The notes beneath the pieces were generated by a model, which was not told where the DNA came from, did not search any database, and saw only the letters and a program-made list of their open reading frames with translations. Below, one piece after another: positions 53,380 through 64,000 of a DNA stretch of 64,000 bases. This DNA is from Raillietiella orientalis (taxonomy: Eukaryota), in the NCBI GenBank assembly GCA_036172245.1, contig JAYWIR010000063.1, forward strand, positions 372,001-436,000, given 5' to 3'. Both the position numbers and the translations under genes were made by a program. Every line of letters starts with the position of its first letter. Position 1 is the first letter of the stretch.

Positions 53380-54070
53380 CCTAAGAAATGCGGGTGCGTC
53401 GTGGGTTTCGAGTCCGCCCCGCAGGATAACGCTGGTTGGACTGTATACCTTGGGTGAGGCACTGGTGCAAACCGGATGCCCTTGATGACTGGTCAGGATT
53501 GGAGGCTGACCCTCCCGAGTCCTTCCGGGAATCGAGGAGCCCTTCGGGGTTCCCCCCTCCGACTACGAAGATAGAGCCGTCTCCTCCCCCTCGGGGGTAA
53601 CCCCACCTCGCGTTCCATGGAGCTGATTGACACCCCCGTGGGTGGGTTGCCTGTCCGAGATGTCAGGGGCGCTCTGCTCCCTTCGGTGAGAGTCCCTTTA
53701 GGGTTCTCCTCAGCCTAGGGAACGGAGAGGTTTCCATGCGGAGGTTCTCTCGGGAGCGCCACCCTCCTTCGGAAAGAACGAGGAATAGGGGGGTTCCCTT
53801 CGGTTTCCCCTCCAGAGACAACCAGGGTGAGGGTTCCTCCTCTTCGAGGTTCCCTACCAGGAGTAAGATTGAAGGATTCTTTCCTCCCGAGCCCTTCTTG
53901 GATTCATAGGGCGGTCCTCCCCCCCTAGTTTACGTAGTTGCATACATGCACCCTCGGGTGGCGTGAGACGGTGTCAAAGAAGAGCTGCGAGACCCCCCAA
54001 GAAAGGAAACGGTTCGTCAGCCCTTGGCAAACCACAAAAAAGGAGGGGAGGGGCTAGCAGGAAAGCAGCG
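53380..54070 (+). other. ORF-free, hairpin-dense putative structured RNA / retroelement leader
   Basis: Multiple cTTCGg and GNRA-capped stems, nested long-range complementary segments, and B-box-like motifs at the 5' end (see findings). Confidence 0.4.
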
Positions 54071-54094
54071 AAACAGAACTCCAGAAAGATTCCC

Positions 54095-55080
54095 AACATC
54101 TAGGCATCAGCGCTAGCAGGTCGCTGGAGGGGGTCGTTCGCAACCCGGAGATATGGTGGACCTCGTCCACCCCACTCATCCTTTGTCCCAGTGTTGCCCT
54201 CCCTAAGGAAAGCAAGGGACAGCGCGGTCACGGAGAAGTGGGAAGTGACCTGCAGCATAGCAACAAACAAGAAACTTCTAGGCGGATAGACAACTCGAGA
54301 GTCCTCTGTGGAGTGGGACACTCGATAAGCGACCCCGAGTATCCCACCCTACGGACTTGTACGCTGGGGAGAGCTCGATATATCTCCGGAGGAGGTGGTC
54401 CCCAGCGTGCTGGAACAATGACGCCCTCCCCCTCAGATGGTAGGAGTCGGCGTTGCTGGTGATGCATGGGAGAATCACACGCAAGGCGCGCCTCCATCAC
54501 TGGACACGGAAAGGGGGAGGGAAGCGTAAACGCTCAGAGTGGGACGGGTGCGGGAAGAAGGAGACCCTCTCGCACCTGCTGTTGGACTGTGCTGCCCACC
54601 AACCCCTTCGGGATCTCCTCGCGACGACCCTAGGTATCTCGGCGGGAGGCCCCAGGGGCATTTTCAGACGCCTCTTTGTACGCGGTGCTGTCGCACTGCC
54701 GCCGCCAGCAGCGTCCCTCGCAGTCCTCTGCTTCGTTGGCAGCACCACGGCGGCCTGGAGCGCCGGAAGATGGCCGAAACTGCAGGGACGCCATCCACTG
54801 GACGCGGATCTTCCTGAGGACATCCTCGAGATGGTCCCACCTGGGCGGGACAAGGACGGGACTTGCCAGCATCCTTGACAGGATGCAGAGGATGCCTTTA
54901 CCGTGATCCCTTTCTCGGTTCCATCCCCTCCTCCCATGTATAATTTTCCCTCCCCCCACGCTGCCGAAGCGGACCTCGACTGTCTGCGAACCGCTCTTCG
55001 GCAGGTTCATTGTGCGTGATAGAACCAACCGTTCCTCCACACCGATGTATTTTCATTGCCTTATGTAATGAAATTCACCG
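54095..55080 (+). mobile_element. 3' fragment of an L1/Tx1-like LINE (zf-RVT zinc-knuckle region)
   Basis: ORF 54453-54878 LVMHGRITRKARLHHW...DGCGKKETLSHLLLDC resembles the C-terminal HG.L.T..RL..W..C..C..ET..HL...C motif. HLGIS at ~54100 resembles the RT thumb YLGI. Confidence 0.6.
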
Positions 55081-55689
55081 GCATAACTGGGTGATAATGA
55101 TCTTAGGCCAACAGTAGCGAACTCCCCGCGGGGTCGCTTTTGGGTGCGGAAGATGAATGAATCAAATTTGGTTTCGGCCCCCTTTGCGACCGCATCGAAC
55201 CTTTCTTTTGATGGTCGCTCAAAGGGGAAACTTCACAATGCAGTCATCCACGAACAGCACCGAGGTTCGAACCCCGGAAGTCCTCCAAGCTGGTGAGCGA
55301 GTCTGACGTTCGTTTCGCAAAGGCGCGCCACCGTGGTGCCTTTGACGAACCGAAGGCGCGGTGGTGGAAGGGAGGGGGGGAATTACGCCTGGCAGTCGAA
55401 ACCTGGCCGAGTTTTAGTGAAAAGTTGAAGGACGATCTCATTTATCTGTGTGCATTTTGCTTGTATTTTGATCGGGACTGCAATGTGACCTGTGCATTGG
55501 TCTTTTATCGAAACATTTTTGAAGTGCCGTGAGCTACGCCAACCAAACAAAAAATCCTCCTTTTTCTTTCTACATACCGGTTTTGCTTGCATACTTTTCA
55601 CATAATTGAAGCTCCAGTTGAGGAAAGTAATAATTTTTTTCAATTAAAGCTTCGGTTATTTTCCTCAACTGGAACTTCAAATGAGTAGT

Positions 55690-57021
55690 TTTGGTAGAAA
55701 GTGATCTCTGTAAGATGTAAACGTAATTTTAGTTTCTTTTATTTTGAAGATGACCAAAAAATGACTTCCAGAAGCAGAATTTCTCATATTGAAACTGTTT
55801 GGAAAAAGTATTCAACTAAATGCAAATCCTTCTATATTCCCGAACAAGGCATTTGTGTCGATGAGTGCTTGTTGTTATGGGAAGGGCGATTGTCTTGGAA
55901 GCAGTGTATATACCTTCTAAAAGGAGTCGTTTTGGAATGAAACTTCTCGTCTTATGTGAAAGCCAATTGGAATTCCCGTGCATACGTTGGTACAGAATGT
56001 GCTCAAAATTGTCCTCTCAATATAAGACCACGACTCGTATCGTTCTTGAACTTTCTCACGACCTAGTAGGCCAGGGATATGAATTGTATTTGGATGACTG
56101 GTACACAAGTATGGAACTCTCACAGAAACCATGTACTTGCAAGACAGACATTATGGGTACGACACCACAGCAGAGACTTGGCATCCCTGAAGATATGAAA
56201 ACAACTCAAAGAAAGATCAGTACATTGCAAGATATAGCAAGAAAATAATGTTAGTGAAGTGGCGGGTCAAAAGGGATGTACTGCTCCTCTGTACAGTCCA
56301 TGGCGCCAATATGATGGATGCAGAGAAACGGGGTGTTGTAAAAAGAAAGCTTAAAGTGGTTTTTGAGTAGGGGAAAAAAATGGGTGCAGTAGACACATGC
56401 GGTGGCATAATTGCAGCATATACGCTGGCAAGAAAGAGGTTAAAGAAGTATTACTGGATGAAAGTTTTTATCCATCTTTTAGACTTGAATTCCTATTTAT
56501 TATATGGAAAAAACCATGGGAAATCGAATCGATTCAATTTTTTGCTCGAATGTATGGAACAAATAGTTGGGGAATCTTCAAGTCAAGAAACAGCTGGTGG
56601 ACCAACGGCCAAACCTACACGTTTCATCCATAAACATTTTCCAAACTTTATACCGTCTACACCGTCCAAATCGAGTGCATCATCGAGTACATCGACACAC
56701 ACACGTGTCGTGTGTTCGAAAAATGGCATTCGTAAGGACACACGTTGTTGGCGCTCGACCTGTGAGGTGCCCCTTTGAGTCGTGTCTTGCCTTGAAAAAT
56801 ACCACACCGCGAAATCAGACTGAATTTCTCAGTATTGAGTTTTTTCATGTTCCTTGTGCGCGAAGTTTCTTATTTTCTGTCAATTACGGAATTTTTATGA
56901 ATACATCTTTTTTTTTTTTTTTTTGCATTTGCAGTGCGTTTGACGTATGCATTCGTCTTCGCCAATTGGAATCCACGCACCCACGGACTGTGGAAAAAAA
57001 AAGAAATCGCTTAACGGGTTG
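55690..57021 (+). mobile_element. Decayed piggyBac (PGBD4-like) transposase, C-terminal two-thirds
   Basis: Frameshifted fragments YIPEQGICVDECLLLWEGRLSWKQ, YIPSKRSRFGMKL, GYELYLDDWYTS, MGAVD, KVFIHLLD and a degenerate Cys-rich tail VCSKNGIRKDTRCW..TCEVPL. The putative right end is ...CGGGTTGA at ~57021. Confidence 0.85.
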
Positions 57022-57531
57022 ATGTCAGAGGATAGATTTCGAAAGATGCACTGACGCAGAGTTTCGGTAGAAAAGCAACCATTTCAAAGAGAAGGATTTG
57101 CCCTCGGGCAGATCCCCTGATAGCTTGGACGGACGGGGCGATTCTTCGCTCTTGGATTCCTTGGAGCCGCTGGCTCTTGGGTGCTCGACCGCCGACGGGG
57201 GCGGCAAGAAGCCACTCCTTCCAGCTGCTCGTCAATCTCCCGCCCCGTGCCGTTTGTTTGCTTTGAAAATTCCAGTCCTCCCCTCCCTCGGGACTCGAGT
57301 GCTCTTTGACAAGACTGTTCCAGGCGGGAACAGCGATCGTGCACACAACTCTCGTGGACACTCTCACGGATGCCGCACAAAACGCTTCCTCCTGCGGACC
57401 GGAAAGGATTCGCTGCTTGGATTCGTGCTCCACGATGTGTTTCGTGTTGGGTCGAATGTTAGCCGTGAAGGCAGCTGCAGTTTAAGCAAAGGCTTGGTCT
57501 AACCCTAAACAACCCAATGTGTTTTCCTCAC

Positions 57532-58645
57532 ATAACTGACCAGTAGTGTCCGGTGGACACATTACTCCACATCATGAAGAAATGAAGTAAAATGAAGTAA
57601 AAAATGCGAGAAAATTTATTGTCATCATATTGGAAAAGTCATGAACATTATTATTATTTACTTAGGAAGACATTCAACACGAATTATTTTTTAGTGCCAG
57701 TTTATCCCTTAACTTTTTAAGTGTTCCGGTATTTTTATCGCCAAATCTTAGGAAACGTAGAAATGGACGCAAATCGATTGCCCCCATGGCCTCACGGAGT
57801 ATTGGATTACCAAATATCGGATCCCAATACTCTCTAAAATCTGTGTTGCTACGCTTATCGACACCAGTGGTCAATAGTAGACCTACAAGTGCTTGTAATT
57901 CGATTGTATCCATTGGCTTCCATGTATTTCCCAATTCTCTTTCAGCTTCGGAAGTGGTATGTTTTACAGTAAGTGCCAGCAAATTCCGGTCGAAAAATAA
58001 ATGGAAACTGTCGATGGGATCTTGACTTCCCTTCTCTGGTAAGAGAGCAACCTTGGGCACTCTGCCCCTGATTCTGCTATGCCGTGGAGTTCTTCTCACA
58101 TTTGCCGGTTTTGCTTGGCCCCATCTTCTCCACATATTCATCAATCGGATTAATTATAATCATTTTCTTGTTTCTCCTCTTCATTTGTATTTTCGTCATC
58201 ACTGTACCATGGAGCTGATCATTGACCTCAGATGCTACTTCCGTGAAGCCGCTCTCGCCATCAGAGGCACGACATCCATAATAAAATCTTCGCGTCTGCA
58301 CATGTCAGCAAATATTGATGGAATAAACAAAAGTAGCAACGGTACGCAATATTTTCACATCATTTATTTGCAGGTTTTAACAGGCTCAAACAGGTGAGAA
58401 TTTGTATTGTATCAAACAGTGTCCGATGGACACATCTGAGGTGTTACGTTGTATTTTCGGTAAATCATTAAAGTGGAGAACACAATGCTTTTTTCCTGAA
58501 AAGAATTTTTGTTAAGATAACTTTGAAAATTAAACAAAGAGGACAAAATAGACAAAGTAATTTCGCAATCAAATAAGCAATGCTTTCGATTTCGTTTGCA
58601 AGTCAATTTGCGAACGCGGTCCGTTGGACACTACTAGGGTGTTAA
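57532..58645 (-). mobile_element. Internally deleted piggyBac element with imperfect TIRs
   Basis: ORF 57674-58144 has FHLFFD..L...V.HT, W..MD..EL.A.VGLL, YW....G......AM and FLRF.DK (DDE_Tnp_1_7 N-terminus). The ends ATAACTGACCAGTAGTGTCC (57532) and GGACACTACTAGGGTGTTAA (58645) are inverted, with TTAA at 58642-58645. Confidence 0.85.
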
Positions 58646-58979
58646 GGGATAGACCGTTGCTACAGTTTGCTTTCTTGGAAGACGTACATTTATCGGTAAC
58701 ACCTCCCTCTTGCTTTGTTTCTACAATCATCCATCGTCGGGGTGTGATATCTGTACGGTGAAAGTGTACGAAACCAGCGTACATACCTCATGCATGCTTC
58801 CAAGAAACTGCTCAGTTGGTCAGCTGCTTGGCATTAATGGCAAGTTCTTGCGGCCGTTGTTCGCCCTAAATCCTGAGCATTCTGTTTGCACGCCCGTGTC
58901 AGGAGATGGTACACCGCTGTATTGGAAAAAGGCTCTACAAAAGGTCAACACGTGAGGAACCATAGACATGAAAACCGTC

Positions 58980-61400
58980 TGAGCCCTATAGCAAGAAGTG
59001 ATCATTCGATATCGCTGTTCGAAATCAGTGATGGTGGCTGCTAGCGTGGCTTTGATAAACATGATGTGGTGTGCAGCTGAAAACTGAAAAAAAAAACGGA
59101 GAGCCACTTCCTTCCCAAGATGGCAAGTGAACATTCGTTTTTCTACGTCTCTACATAAACTCTCATTTCATTTCGATCCTTCCTTCGTAAGAGCAGGCTC
59201 GAGCGCGGCTGGGAGTCCGCAACCGGAACGTGCCGTCCCTCCGATGAGATTTCCCATTTTCTCCCGCTCGTTGCCTTCGCGACGTGGCTGACGACGGTGC
59301 CATGAAGAGGTGGACGGATCCGCGGAAGCGATTCTGCCCGATCCACGGGACAGCATCGTCCCTCGCCGTGCGGCGGCGTCCACCTTCTTGTCCCCTGGCC
59401 GCTCCTCTTGCGGGAAGAGCTTCAGGGGACCTGCATGGATAAAGCTTTCGTCCGAGCAATGCAACTGGGCACCCCAAAACCGGAAACGAGGCGACGCGTC
59501 TTGCAGTTCCGCGAGCAGTGACTTTCCCTTGGTCGGGGTGTTCGAGTTCGGGGTGCTCTGAACCCAACCTTCCTCTCCGCGCTCCTGTCAAACGTGGCTT
59601 CGCTCGCTGGCAGCGTAGGGCACACCAGCTTCACCCAATCTCCCTACCCATGATCCACATACTTTTTGCATCGCTGCACAGCCTTCCAGGGAGCCATTTT
59701 CCCTCCTTTTTTTTCTCCTTCCAAGACATCACCTCTCAAGCGGTCATCCGTATGCAATGCCAGGATCGTTTCCTTGCTCTTGAGTTCGGCGATCAACGAG
59801 CAAAGGGATGTTGGCAGATTTAAGGCAGCAGCACTTTGTATGGATGCCTGCATCCCCGTGGATTTTGTTGGGCCACGGACACCCTTTTTTACTCATTTTA
59901 ATACAGCCAGGTACGCCATATGCACTCTAAGGGCAACTTTTCTAACGGAGCAATGTTTCATCACTCTTACAATAGTGTCAACGTATGATATCCAGAAAGA
60001 TCCGGAAACATCCTTGCAGCGGTGTTCCACTGCTTGCTTGGCCGAATCAGAAATAATAGACATCAAAATATCAAAGTCAACTACTAAATGAAACAGAGTG
60101 GCAGTGCACGTGTGAACTTGAGATAATACGAATAATAATCTTTGTATTGTGCATTTTGTACATAGAAGTGAATTCTGGTGCTTGTGAACCAAGGGAAAAA
60201 GCAGGTTGCAACGCGTGCTTTCACTAAACGGAACTTCATTCCATTTTAATACATTCGCTCATCTAATTACTGAAGAGTTTGAGTACAACCAGTAAACTGC
60301 TATGTCGAGCGTCCACACTTTACGCAATGAATCTGGAAGCTCAATATATCTTGAAAATCCGTTCTTTTAATTCTTATGCATATTGTTCGGTTTTCTTGTG
60401 ATAACTGTTTATTCAGGAGACATATCCATTACAGAAGTTGCTTGAAATGTATGAGGATGTCTGCACGGACATCCTCATACTTTTTATATCTGCAAGTCTT
60501 AAATGGGACCACTGCATTGCTGTCTAACCACTACAATTGTCGGTAGTCTCCGCTCATACCGAAAAGTTCCTCGAGGACTTCAGATCTTTTCATTTTTTCT
60601 GCATCTTACGTAAACGACCTCTGTATTCACATATCGTTCTCAGAACTCCCCAGTGAATTTCAAAAACGTTCTTTCCAGTCTGTCTTATAAATGTGAATGA
60701 ACTTTGTCTTCGTTTCCAACCTGTAGTCTCATCCTGCAGATACAATTCTTTGCCATTTCTTACCCTCACTTGAAACAACTGTTTTGTTAACTGCATGCAA
60801 TATAATGGCATAAGATGCAATCCCTAGCTGAGTTCTTCCACACTATACAGTCAACATTTTGTGGAGTGAGCTTGTCAACAGGCAACTAGTCGATACCTAA
60901 AACCGAATATCGACATGAAAGGAATTTACAATTTTACACAAAGGAATTAATTTATAATGTGCCAAAATTTCGCAGTGGAAATAAGTATGTCACTAATTTT
61001 TTGAATTTCTCCCTTTAGTTGCTTGTACCAAACTTACAAAGGGGCTGATTCTGAAATAAACAGATCACAGTTCCTCCTCTTTTGTTGTCGTTTTCATCTT
61101 TTCTGAAAATATTTGCACCAAAGTTGCCTTCTTTGACCCTCTCATGAAATAAATCTCTTTGAAGTCTTGACTTGAGATTTTTTCAGTTGTGCCTATTCCT
61201 GTATTGGTGTATACAACCAATTACTCGAAAGATAGAGTCTCATATTCAGAAATCGTTGGTTGTTTTTCCTTCTTTCCCATTGTTTCTTGGAGGACTTCCT
61301 GCAGTAGATCATTGGAATACACCTATGCTTCAAAATCTATTTTGAATAAAGCCAAAGTAAAGCCATACCTGCTACCAAAAATCAGTGTGCTATGGCCAGA
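58980..61400 (-). other. Candidate uncharacterised multi-exon transcript/gene
   Basis: A chain of short GT-AG intron-like gaps (43-46 nt) separates open segments such as CGRTQLGIASYAIILHAVNKTVVSSEG|WKRRQSSFTFIRQTGKNVFEIHWGVLRTICEY and DFDILMSIISDSAKQAVEHRCKD. No recognised homology. Confidence 0.25.
60449..60480. repeat. 13-bp perfect inverted repeat (hairpin)
   Basis: GTATGAGGATGTC-TGCACG-GACATCCTCATAC. Confidence 0.9.
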
Positions 61401-61836
61401 AATGGAACACAAAAAAGTTAACTCCAACCGAAATTCAAGAGAAATGCAAAAACCAACTAAAAATGATACTGAATTTGAACATCCTCCTATAAACAATAAT
61501 TTACTGATCTAAAAAACACATTCTAGGGCACAACTTCTGAGATAAGCAACAAAAAACTTCAAAATGAAACAAAACAATTAGAAATCATAATTGTCATATC
61601 GAGTTGGGAAATAATTACATGACTGTATAGGTGTATTATTCTAAAATTCGGTAAAATCGAAAAGATATTAAATGCTGCCATTCCTATTGACTACTTTCAT
61701 GGAATGAATCATTTCAGTACTATTTTGTGATTACCTATTATCATGAAAATAATCAGCCCTGAGGATTTTTAAGGAATTGTTTATTCTTTTCTCCTACCAG
61801 CTTATGAACTCATCAAACCTTTAATCAGAAGTTATT

Positions 61837-62611
61837 TCAAAGCTCAACTTTAGGCTCTGTAACAAATCATTTAGATATACATATTATGTACAGTACACAG
61901 CACACCTTTGAAGGAAATCACTGGAAACTTCAACAACTCTGTGTGGCTACTCCCTCCATACATCCTTGTTAGACGGTCCAACTCAGATTGGAAAGCGAAA
62001 TAGGTTTGATCTGATGCATCAACGAGGCCGGTTTTGGTGGATCTGGAAATTGAACAAACAAATAATGGATATTTGAAATGAAGACTGCTTCAAGTTTTCA
62101 TATGTCACAAATTCCTAAATTAGAATAGGTTCTCACAAAACCATTAACTGCATTTAAAAAACCACTCAAGGAAATGAATATTGGGAGACTCAAGTTTTAT
62201 GTAACCTGAACACAATTAATGCTTTGTGAATACAGAGTTAACAATACCCATGCAACAAAATTTTACCTGATATTAAAAAAAAAAAAAAACTACGAATAAA
62301 CACACGAAACTGTATAATAAACACACTGCTGCCTTACATTACAATAAATATGCAAACATTCAGACATAATTTCGAACTCTTTTGGCTGAGACGTGCCCCT
62401 AGTACTAAGGAAACGTAAATCTAAGTAAAGTCGAAACAGCGGACACAAATGTAACACTTTTCGATTCTTACTTGCTTTTTTGTGCGTATTCCTTCAATTT
62501 TTGAAGAAACAGACCTTGAATCGGGTCCTGTGGCACTTTACTTGCTGCATACCGTCTCGTAAAGACCCGACATGGAAGGAGATGGAACACCTCCCTGTGT
62601 AAGGCAGCCAT
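61837..62611 (-). CDS. ATP5PF: Mitochondrial ATP synthase coupling factor 6, ~98 aa (absent from the ORF track)
   Basis: Exons 62611-62472, 62042-61906 and 61856-61837 give MAALHREVFHLLPCRVFTRRYAASKVPQDPIQGLFLQKLKEYAQKSKSTKTGLVDASDQTYFAFQSELDRLTRMYGGSSHTELLKFPVISFKEPKVEL. This has CF6 motifs DPIQ.LF..K..EY, G.VDAS, EL..L..MYG and FP...F.(D/E)PK.E, plus an Arg-rich transit peptide. Confidence 0.9.
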
Positions 62612-63557
62612 CGCGACAGCGGTCGAATGGAGGAGCTCCCGGGCAGGGGCGGCGAAACTCGAAATTACACAAAGGCTTCAGATTCATACTTAATGGCTTT
62701 CAATTATATAGTTTTGCAGATATATCGAATTAACATTTCACATTATAAAAAAAAACATTCTTCCACAGTCCACGGCGGCCGCCGGGTGTCGATCCCGATT
62801 TCGGTGGAGACTTTTTAGATCCATCTTCACAGAAATTCGCAAATTCCCATTCGTCTTTCTGCCGAGTCCGAATCTGCGAATGTCTTAAAAAGGGTTTTAA
62901 GAATGCTTTCACGGTAAAAGAATAAATAAATAAAAAGAGAGAAAAATTTGCTTGTTGCAGGCAAGAGTCTGTCTCCTGGACTATTCTGCTATTCTGTTTG
63001 GGTTTGGCATCCCAATACCGACTTACATCCCAATTTCCATGAAATGGACGCTGGCGGTGCCATCCTGGCTAACCACCGAAATGCATGAACACTGTTTTAT
63101 AAACATTTTTGGACAGTGCACACACCTGGAATTTCTCATTCTTCGTCTCATCTTGTGACAGAGCTGTGTTTCCTTTCCTAGTTCATTACTCCCAACTCTG
63201 AACTGCGAGAACTGGGGGGAAAGATGCTCCATTGGAAGTTTGCAACTGGTTTCATCCATGAAAAAATACTTTTTACATATGTTGCGAATGTATAACAAAC
63301 TTTATCAAATCTAGCTGGTTATTAGGTGTACTCATATAATACACACACACACGCACACACGCGCGCACACACATATATATAGATATACATATACAACCGA
63401 AAATTGAGTATCGTCATATATCCTTGATGGATAATCATGTTTACATAGACATATTTTCCTCTAGTAATTGTTTTTGTCTTTTCTTGTAAGATGCAACATG
63501 CTATGAACCTTAAAATATCGTGACTACTGAGCCTTTTCAGACTTATTTCACCAGCAT

Positions 63558-63967
63558 AAAAGTATCAGCATTCAGCTAGAACATTGTTAAACTGAAACTG
63601 ATTCTCTCCTCAATGCAGAGGGAAACATTATTGGTATCCAATTTTGATTTACCATGAGTGACTTTGTTTTTTTTAAATCTGAGTTTCAGACGACTATTAG
63701 AAATCTAACAAATGTGTTCGCATAAACTCAGAAAATGAGGTGATTAATGCTTGTCTCATCTGCCACTGTCCACTTCTCATCACAATCGGAAGTCCCAAAT
63801 ACTGTCATTTACCGGTCTAGTCACTTTGTTTGAAGATACGGGCGGAGCTGCAACCACACAGAGCTGCAGTCTTAGGGTACCACCGAAAGCATCTTACATA
63901 TTGAAGTAGCCAAAGCGAGTAACTTGTCAGCCTCCACGGCTACAGCTCCCGTAAGCAAAACTCGTCC
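63558..63967 (-). CDS. Possible 3' exons of an unidentified gene entering from the right edge
   Basis: Four short segments join in frame through GT-AG gaps: RVLLTGAVAVEADKLLALATSI|SPPVSSNKVTRP|ISNSRLKLRFKKNKVTHG|ENQFQFNNVLAEC*. The last acceptor is an atypical GAG, and there is no homology support. Confidence 0.25.
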
Positions 63968-64000
63968 TAGTTTGCTTATTAATTTTGGTGATCACAGGAT

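Noticed and set aside
53308..53420. tRNA gene suggested by GGTTCGAAT / GTTTCGAGTCC (also GGTTCGAACCCC at ~55264)
   Set aside because: No cloverleaf or convincing A-box can be built; kept only as B-box-like motifs.
52940..53540. Hammerhead ribozyme (CTGACGA at ~52947, TTGATGA at ~53482)
   Set aside because: No stem II followed by GAAA, and no matching cleavage triplet or stems.
57499..57510. Telomere-like CTAACCCTAAAC
   Set aside because: Fewer than two full units; a chance match.

Overview
Gene-dense eukaryotic nuclear DNA. It is most likely from an arthropod (inferred from an Akap200 homologue and arthropod-type mRpL41, NAA50 and SIK). Eight intron-containing genes can be reconstructed by hand: the 5' part of an LRP2BP-like SEL1-repeat gene (-), Akap200-like (-), proteasome ATPase PSMC4/Rpt3 (+), a salt-inducible kinase SIK (+), mRpL41 (-), hormone-sensitive lipase (-), NAA50 (-) and ATP synthase coupling factor 6 (-). 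The 49-58.7 kb block holds decayed Tx1/L1-type LINEs and two decayed piggyBac elements. Most of the long ORFs in the supplied track are artefacts of high GC content. Points of interest: (1) a class of very small introns (40-55 nt); (2) an extreme GC/CpG mosaic, even between exons of one gene; (3) a SIK that appears to lack the long PKA/14-3-3 regulatory tail and is surrounded by CRE, CArG, ETS and MEF2 motifs; (4) a tightly packed same-strand NAA50-Hsl-mRpL41 cluster in which each ATG is preceded by a splice acceptor; (5) a ~700-nt ORF-free element at ~53.4-54.1 kb that is dense in UUCG/GNRA hairpins and long-range helices and looks like an unannotated structured RNA. All coordinates and counts were derived by eye. 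No database searches were run.
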